A stretch of 63,349 nucleotides of DNA, counting the filler, from Asterionella formosa (Eukaryota), in the NCBI GenBank assembly GCA_002256025.1. It is 7 parts of 7 records of this genome, joined end to end, with 100 filler letters (N's around TTAATTAATTAA, not from the genome) between each part and the next. Parts side by side here need not be neighbours in the genome. Positions count along the whole stretch, not along the records: positions 38,847 to 58,163 come from NKIB01003737.1; positions 58,264 to 59,458 come from NKIB01003739.1; positions 59,559 to 60,755 come from NKIB01003740.1; positions 60,856 to 62,052 come from NKIB01003741.1; positions 62,153 to 63,349 come from NKIB01003742.1; 2 more parts are not named here. One strand, written 5' to 3'. Below are positions 56,355 through 63,349 of this stretch, one piece after another. The first letter of the stretch is position 1. Each line of letters opens with the position of its first letter. The translations under genes and the position numbers were made by a program. The notes under the pieces were generated by a model. It was not told where the DNA came from. It made no database searches and worked only from the letters and a program-made list of their open reading frames with translations.

Positions 56355-58163
56355 TCAGATGAGTGATTTCGAGTCAATTGCGCCTTTTCCACTGGCATTG
56401 GCAAGTGCCACCTTGTTGATGTCATTCTCAGCCAAGCACCAAAGTGCTGCACAACCATAGTGTTGTACATCAGCACTGTCTAAATGACAATTCATTGCAG
56501 ACACAATCATAGGAATACCTCCTGCAACAGCAATCATCTTCTTGTTGTTGTCATGCACAGCCAAGGTGCCAAGTGCCGCACAACCAAAGTGTTGCACATT
56601 AACATTGGAGGAATGATACTTCATTGCAGACACAATTGTAGGAATACCTCCTGCTTCAGCAATCATTACCTTGTTGTTGTCATTCATAGCCAAATTCTGA
56701 AGTGCTGCACAACCATAGTGTTGCACTTTAGCATTGTCTAAATGATACTTCATTGCAGATAAAATCATAACAATACCTCTTTCTTCAGCAATATTCACCT
56801 TGTTGATGTCAATCACAGCCATGGTCCAAAGTGCTGCACAACCATAGTGTTGCACTTTAGCATTTGAGGAATGATTTGTCATAGCAAACAGAATTGTAGT
56901 AATACCTTCTGCTTCAGCAATCTCCACCTTGTTGTTGTCATTCACAGCCAAGTTATTAAGTGCGAAACAACCATAGTGTTGCACATCAGCATTGGACTGA
57001 TGAGTCACCATTGCAGACAGAATTGTAATGATACCTCCTGCTTCAGCTATTGTCACCCTGTTGTTGTCATCATTCACAGCCAAGTTCCCAAGTACTCCAC
57101 AACCATACTCTTGCACATTAGCATTGAAGGAATGTATGTTCATCCCAGACAGAATCATAGCAATACCTCCTGCTTCAGCAATCTTCACCCTGTTCTTGTC
57201 ATGATTGTCACCCAAGCTCAAAAGTGCTCCACAACCATTGTATTGCACGTTAGCATTGGACTGATGAGTTGCCATTACAGACAGAATCATAGCAATTCCT
57301 CCTGCTTCAACAATCACCTCCTTGTTGTCTTTATTCACAGCCAAGTTCATAAGTACTCCACAACCATAGTTTTGCAGATTAGCATTGGAGGAATGATTAT
57401 TCATAGCAGACAGAATCATATTAATACCTCCTGCTTTAGCAATTGTCACCCTGTTGTTGTCATGAGTATAAGCCAATTTTGCAAGCTCAAAAAGCCTTTT
57501 TTTTGAATGTCAGCATTCCACTCATTCATTTTCATCTCTGAAAGAATTACAGCAAGAGGCGAAGTGGTGCATTTAGGGCAGCTCTCTTGCACTATCTTCC
57601 AAACTCCAAACAAATTTGGTTTGCGAAGCTGAATGTCTGCATGATAAGGACAGAATCCACTTTTGAAAAGCTCATCTTGTAGGTAATAGAGATCAAGCCT
57701 AGTTAAGACAGTATTGTCCTTGCGGGCCTCTGCAATAGCCTTGGCGCCGTCATCACCAATTGAATTATTGTCAAGAAAAAGTGTATTCAAGACAGTATTG
57801 ACCTTGAGAGCCTCTGCAATGGCCTTGGCACCATTATCACCAATCGAATTATCTTTGAGATAAAGTTGAGTCAAGTAAGTATTGACCTTGAGGGCCTCTG
57901 CAATGGCCTTGGCGCCATCAATACCAATTGAATTAGCTCCGAGATTGAGTGTAGTCAAGCCAGTATTTAAATTGAGAGCCTCTGCAATGGCCTAGGCACC
58001 ATCATCATCAATAGAATTTAATTTTAGATAAAGTGTAGTCAAGACAGTATTGACCTTGAGGGCCTCTGCAATGGCCTTGGCGCCATCAACACCAATTGAA
58101 TTACCTTCAAGATTAAGTGTAGTCAAGCCAGTATTAACCTTGAGAGCCTCTGCAATGGCCTTG
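56355..58163 (-). pseudogene. RI-like LRR + CxxH..CPxC motif + Armadillo-repeat protein, disrupted and 5'-truncated by the contig end
   Basis: 28-aa repeats ALKVNT.LT.L.L..NSIG.DGAKAIAE (one has AAG>TAG at 57994-57992), FCPYHADIQLR..W..CPKC, a 1-nt frameshift near 57477, then about nine 43-44-aa ARM repeats (IAEAGGI..ILSAM..H.SNA.VQ.YGC.AL.NLA). Confidence 0.88.
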
Positions 58164-58263
58164 NNNNNNNNNNNNNNNNNNNNNNNNNNNNNNNNNNNNN
58201 NNNNNNNTTAATTAATTAANNNNNNNNNNNNNNNNNNNNNNNNNNNNNNNNNNNNNNNNNNNN

Positions 58264-59458
58264 GCAGTTGGATTCAAGTATGAGACTCGAAGGAAACATT
58301 ACTTTGTCGATGGTCATGAGAAGGCAGACACCTTAGCCTACCGTCGAATTTTCATTGCTGAATACTTCAAGAAAGAGGTTAATGCTCCAAGGTGGGTACA
58401 TTTTACAGCAGAAAAATCTAAACTTCTAGAGTCACAAGGTTTAGTTGTCAAGAATACTGGATTTCATTACAGTGACCATGATGGAACCAATGGTAGAATA
58501 TCATGCAGACAACTTTGATACCTCACCGGATCTTCCAATGGGAGGCAATTGTAGTGTGCGAAAGAAAAATGACGAGCAAACTGTTATGATTGTTGGACAG
58601 GATGAAGCAATATTCAAACAATTCTTGTTGAATTCCAAGATGTGGACAGGTCCGAATGGCGAGAGACCCCTACTACCAAAAGATGAGGGTTCTGGAGTAA
58701 TGATCAGTTCATTTATCACTCGAGAGCATGGCTTGATAAGAGAAATCGATGACTATATTCTTACAACGGTCAATGCCAATAGACTTGGAGCAAGTTATGC
58801 AGATGAGGAAGCTGCAATTGACGTACATGGGACCAAAAAGAAGAAGCCATTGACAAAAAAAATTCTCCATTCTTGGTCTACTTTGATTATGGAGAAAATC
58901 GAGATGGCTACTGGAATTACAATCACATGGTGTGTCAATTCGAAGACACAATTGATGTACTGAAAGTGATGCATCCACACTATAAGTTTGTTTATCTATT
59001 TGACCATTCAAGTGGACACAGCAAACATAGACCTGATGGATTGAGTTCAATCAGGATGAAAAAAACCTTTGGTGGAAAGGGGTTGCCCATGCGATTGACA
59101 ATCATTGAACAAGAAGCAGGATTCCTTGACCCCTTTCAAAGAAAATTACAGCCTGGTCAAACACAGCACCTCACATTCCAACCTGATGATGTGGGCCCAT
59201 GTTGGATGACTCCTGCTGAACAAGAAGCAAGTCGACATGATGCCATCATTGGAGTACCCAAAGAAATTCAAAGAAGTCGTGCCCAATTAATATTCGATCT
59301 TGCTGCTAAGGGAGCCAATACTAAAGGGAAGAATAAAAGCGATCTGGTGTTCCTCTGTCCACAATATCAAGTGCCAACATCGACACAAATTTCAAGGGTC
59401 AAGGAAGGTTGGGAAGGAAAATCGAAGGGATTAGTTCAAGTGCTTTGGGAAAGGGGAT
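58264..59458 (+). mobile_element. Tc1-like DDE transposase fragment, same family as 46195-47368, frameshifted
   Basis: YFVDGHE, VGQDEAIF (first Asp), PKDEGSGVMISSF, YGENRDGYW, LFDHSSGH (second Asp), KGLVQVLWERG; fills the whole contig. Confidence 0.88.
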
Positions 59459-59613
59459 NNNNNNNNNNNNNNNNNNNNNNNNNNNNNNNNNNNNNNNNNN
59501 NNTTAATTAATTAANNNNNNNNNNNNNNNNNNNNNNNNNNNNNNNNNNNNNNNNNNNNACAATACCCTTCTCGGCGGCTACTTGCCTTCTCGTATACATG
59601 TGTACTCGACTGG

Positions 59614-60038
59614 GATGGCACTCGTAGGGTGACCTTCTCGCAGCGCCGGGGGCGCCACTCGTACGGTCAACCTACTCGCGCCACCCAGCCTCGAAGACAT
59701 GCAGGCAAGAGACCACCTCGGGCGTGTATTGCCTTCAGCACTCTGTCTGGAAATAATTTAGTGGTCGACAAATTTCACGTGTGCGTTGCTTAAAAATACA
59801 ATTTCAGATACCGGCATCCCGTTATTCTTTGCTTCGAAGAGCCTCGTATTAGCAGGTACCTACCTACCAGGTACATAGTATCGACTTCACGTTGCCCTCG
59901 GATGGCACTCGTAGGGTGATCTTCTCGCAGCGCCGGGAGCGCCGCTAGAACGGTCAAACTACTCGCGCCACCCAGCCTCGAACACTTGTAAACTCGCAGG
60001 CATGAGACACCTCGGTCGTGTATTGACTTCAGCACTCC
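59614..60038. repeat. ~130-bp GC-rich imperfect direct repeat (59614-59744 / 59901-60038)
   Basis: GATGGCACTCGTAGGGTGA.CTTCTCGCAGCGCCGGG.GCGCC...CTACTCGCGCCACCCAGCCTCGAA...CGTGTATTG.CTTCAGCACTC in both copies. Confidence 0.88.
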
Positions 60039-60501
60039 GGAATACCGGTACATAGTGTTTGAGGCTAAAGCTGTGAGTGGGAATGGCGAAAATTCATTGG
60101 CAAGAACAAACACGTATTAGGAGATCCGCTCTCGCTAATCTGGATCACTTCCCATTGGTTTAAAAACAAACACGACAGTCAGGAGCAGCTCATTTTCATC
60201 TCCGACTACCAGCCGGAAATCGAAAGCAACCGACCGCTTGTTCGTCTCGGACACATGCCATCTGAACCACCTCTGACACTCACCGCAATCGCTTGTCAGC
60301 CGCTCGAGTACCGGTAGAATCTCCTGCAGCTAATCGGTAATATCTGTAATGTTTAAACGCTATTCCAGGCGGCTCCATTTCTCCAATTCCGATATCGCCC
60401 GCTCAATGTGCTCCATCAGCTTACCGGTATAAGACTCTTCCTGCGCTTCCTAGACAGCCGGAGCCCCACACCACAAACGCAAGCTCTTACATTTACTCAT
60501 C

Positions 60502-60755
60502 ATGGCTTCCTTGAAATTCCTTCTTCCCTTTCTTGCTCTGGTCCACGCCGTGGTTCCTCCTCATCCAGATTTCCTGGAGTCATATCGTCAGGACCGAATG
60601 CTCAAAGAAACTTCGCCGAGACCAAAATATCCGTTGATTCATCCGCAATTCTGCGAAGATTTGACAGACCAAGAATGCTCTGACTGGAGTGACAAATTTA
60701 CAGACCACTCTCGCAAATTACAAGCTATCATGGGAAGGACAGGAAAACTTCGTCC
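60502..60755 (+). CDS. 5' part of a secreted protein, possibly an M6-type metallopeptidase pro-region
   Basis: Signal peptide MASLKFLLPFLALVHA, then VVPPHP and a Cys pair. Truncated before any catalytic motif, so the family call is weak. Confidence 0.4.
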
Positions 60756-60857
60756 NNNNNNNNNNNNNNNNNNNNNNNNNNNNNNNNNNNNNNNNNNNNT
60801 TAATTAATTAANNNNNNNNNNNNNNNNNNNNNNNNNNNNNNNNNNNNNNNNNNNNAC

Positions 60858-62052
60858 TCTTCACATGACAGAGACATTCATGAGAAGGAACTTTTTGACC
60901 ATAAGGCTGGGCGAGGGCATAACATCTCGTTCCAAGATTCTTCCAAGGTTGTGGTGGAGCATGAAGAACCAGCATCTCCACCACATCCTGGAGCTGTTGC
61001 GGTGGGAGGGAGAGATCATGCCAGTCCTAATAATGAAGTCACAAACAATGAATGGAATGAAGAGGAGTCCCATGGAATTGGTCAACAACCACTTACCATT
61101 CATGGCATAGAGGAAGGCCAACACCAACAGGAGGCTGTGTATGCCACTCTTGTTGATGAATGTCCCACTTCTATGCGTACCACCATGGCGGCTGTCGACA
61201 TTGAAGCTGAAGTCAAGGCCCAACGTCACCGTAGCATGATTAACATCATGATATCTTGTGGACTCACAAGTCTTGTTGCCATTGTAGTGGTTGTCCTTGC
61301 AGTTGTGCTTACTCAGAACAACAAACCGAATAATCCAACATCATCTGTTCCGGACAATCAAACATTGGCCCCCACATTTGTAATTCCCTCTACACCATTG
61401 TTATTGTTTTTGTCGAATAAATCGTTTGACAATGGGGCTGCGCTTTTGACTAATGGCACGCCACAACAGCAGGCAATGGTCTGGTTGGAAAGTGAGAAAG
61501 GTACATCAGAAACCATGTATACTGATAAGTTGCTCCAAATCTATGCCTTGGTGACTCTTTATTATGCAACCTCTGGAGACCAGTGGCTCAACCGTGGTTC
61601 TAACGACGACAGTGGCAGGTCATTGTGGCTGTTCAGTACCTACAATTATTGTGAATGGTTTGGATTAAAATGTGATGCAGATAGAATCCAGGAGTTAAAT
61701 TTGCAAAACAATGCCTTAAATGGGTCCATTCCCCCAGAAATTGGTCTTTTGTCAAGTTTAGGTAAGTTAATATAACTGGCAAGAGACAAAAATAATTCAT
61801 TGAAGATTGCTCACTAATGAAATGAGGCATATCATTTTACGACAAAGAATCTATTGATTTTTCAAGAAATGCCATAAATGGATCACTACCAAGTGAACTG
61901 GGTCTATTGACAAGTGTTACATATATGTCTGTAGGAACTAATCAGCTTACTGGCCCAATTCCATTGGAGCTTGGACAGTTGACCAACATCATAGGATTGT
62001 CATTGCTTGATAACAAGTTAACAGGAACACTTCCAACAGAAATTGGCCAATT
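60858..62052 (+). CDS. Type II membrane LRR receptor-like protein (diatom-type family), partial at both ends; intron 61762-61847
   Basis: Frame open from the gap; PGAVAV, TM LVAIVVVVLAVVLT, PQQQAMVWL, YALVTLYYATSGDQW, CEWFGLKC cap, plant-type LRRs (L..N.L.G.IP.E.G.L). Confidence 0.88.
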
Positions 62053-62152
62053 NNNNNNNNNNNNNNNNNNNNNNNNNNNNNNNNNNNNNNNNNNNNTTAA
62101 TTAATTAANNNNNNNNNNNNNNNNNNNNNNNNNNNNNNNNNNNNNNNNNNNN

Positions 62153-63349
62153 AGGTAGCTGATCATCATTGATCATACGCATACCAGTGTGATCAGGCAC
62201 TTTGCCTGCCGGTACATTGAATGGACAGAGTGCGCTGCTTTTCCTTTGATGATCATTGCGGCCACAATGATTGCAGACAATTGTTCCTTTCCTTCTTGTT
62301 TCCTGATGTTCCCTTCTGGTGAGCGCAACACCAGAACCGTAAGTCTTACCTGATTTGTTATCTTGCCTTTCCTGTTTGACTGTTTCGAATCGTGCTGCAT
62401 GTATTTTTTCGCTTCGTTTCCTCTTTCGTTTGAATTGTGCTTTATAGGCTCCATCGTCACTTCGTCGCTTTTCTTTTTGTCTCCAGAAGGATTCTTGCAG
62501 TGCTGACATCTGCATTCCACATTGCTTGTATACATTCCTTGTATATTGTGTTGCTCCTTGTGTGTGTTGCCCAGCAACCGAAGCCACTCGATACTGAAGG
62601 CCTCCAGATCCCGCAAACACCTTGTTTTTTGGACATCGTCGCGACACTGCATTGTTCATTGCCTCATTAATCTGCGTGTCAAAGGGATGATGCAACGATA
62701 GTAGCTTTTCGCCTTCGACTTTTGTTGCAACATGCAGCATTAACCATTCGTATAAATCTTTTTCCTTTTCCTTGTCATGATAAGTGGAAGATTCATTGCG
62801 GAGCAGATGATATCTGCATCTGCTGGTCCCATTCCGGCTTCGTGACAACCCAAAATAAACTGTTTGTTGATAGAAAAGTGTTTTGCTTCTATTGCGTTAT
62901 TTCTTATCTCATCATTTCTGTCTCCATTGCTGTTGCTTCTTGCAGGTTCGAGTTTAGAAATCAGTTTCTGACAGGTCAAACAAGAGACTTTGAATTCGCT
63001 TGCCAAGCCGTAATTTTTGGTAGAGACAACAATCAACGGTTGTTTCATTGTTGAAATCGGAAAGTCAAACACATCCTGCTCCAGAAATGATTCACATTGC
63101 TGTTCAATGGACAGCTTTTGTTGTCTATTTGATGTAAAGTAAGTCACAAAGTCACGAAGTGATTGTTTGCAATATTCTTTTACAAATTTATTAACACAAC
63201 TTTTGCAATACATATCTTCCTTCAGAAATTTCGACAATGTATTATAGTCGATTATATGATTCGTGTTCAGTTGAGAGCAGTCTGTTTTAATTGGTGACGA
63301 TGTGATTGCTAGTTCAATTGGTGAAGTGGTTGTTGTAGGGGGACAAGAA
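62153..63349 (-). mobile_element. Mutator/Kolobok-like DNA transposase remnant with the central region deleted
   Basis: N-terminal CKSC...YGLASEFKVSCLTC...INKQFILG...GMG...CSAMNLP fused out of frame near 62770 to C-terminal DTQINEAMNNAVSRRCPK and a CNHCG..HQ...C knuckle. Confidence 0.7.

Noticed and set aside
58163..60856. Transposase inserted in the LRR gene, or the secreted ORF continuing into the LRR receptor ORF
   Set aside because: Each junction is an artificial linker between separate contigs.

Overview
Eukaryotic nuclear DNA, very probably from a diatom: short GT-AG introns, bipartite plastid presequences with ASAFAP-type cleavage sites, and diatom-style LRR and transposon families. 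The window is not one locus. Six 100-bp N/TTAATTAATTAA/N linkers join seven contigs (1-19325, 19426-38746, 38847-58163, 58264-59458, 59559-60755, 60856-62052, 62153-63349), so adjacency across linkers means nothing. Contigs 1-2 are gene-dense: RlmD/TrmA methyltransferase, RPS18, an EEVD-less Hsp70, a ~1700-aa plastid-targeted repeat protein, a CENP-H-like ORF, two tandem TPT-family translocators, a PTPS-III-type enzyme, a plastid PhyH dioxygenase, a GBF1-type Sec7 GEF, SMC1 and a class II eIF4E; both contigs end in probable LTR-retrotransposon starts. Contig 3 is a cluster of decayed elements: a DIRS/Ngaro-like tyrosine-recombinase retroelement, a Tc1/mariner-like TIR element, a PIF/Harbinger derivative, a Crypton and an LRR-ARM pseudogene. 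The strongest novel signal is the 2.5-kb TIR element at 44908-47449. It carries what looks like a captured retinoblastoma (RB) pocket-A gene fragment next to a transposase with a ~220-residue D-to-E spacing that contains a SAP-like insert. All family assignments come from motifs recognised by eye; no searches were run.
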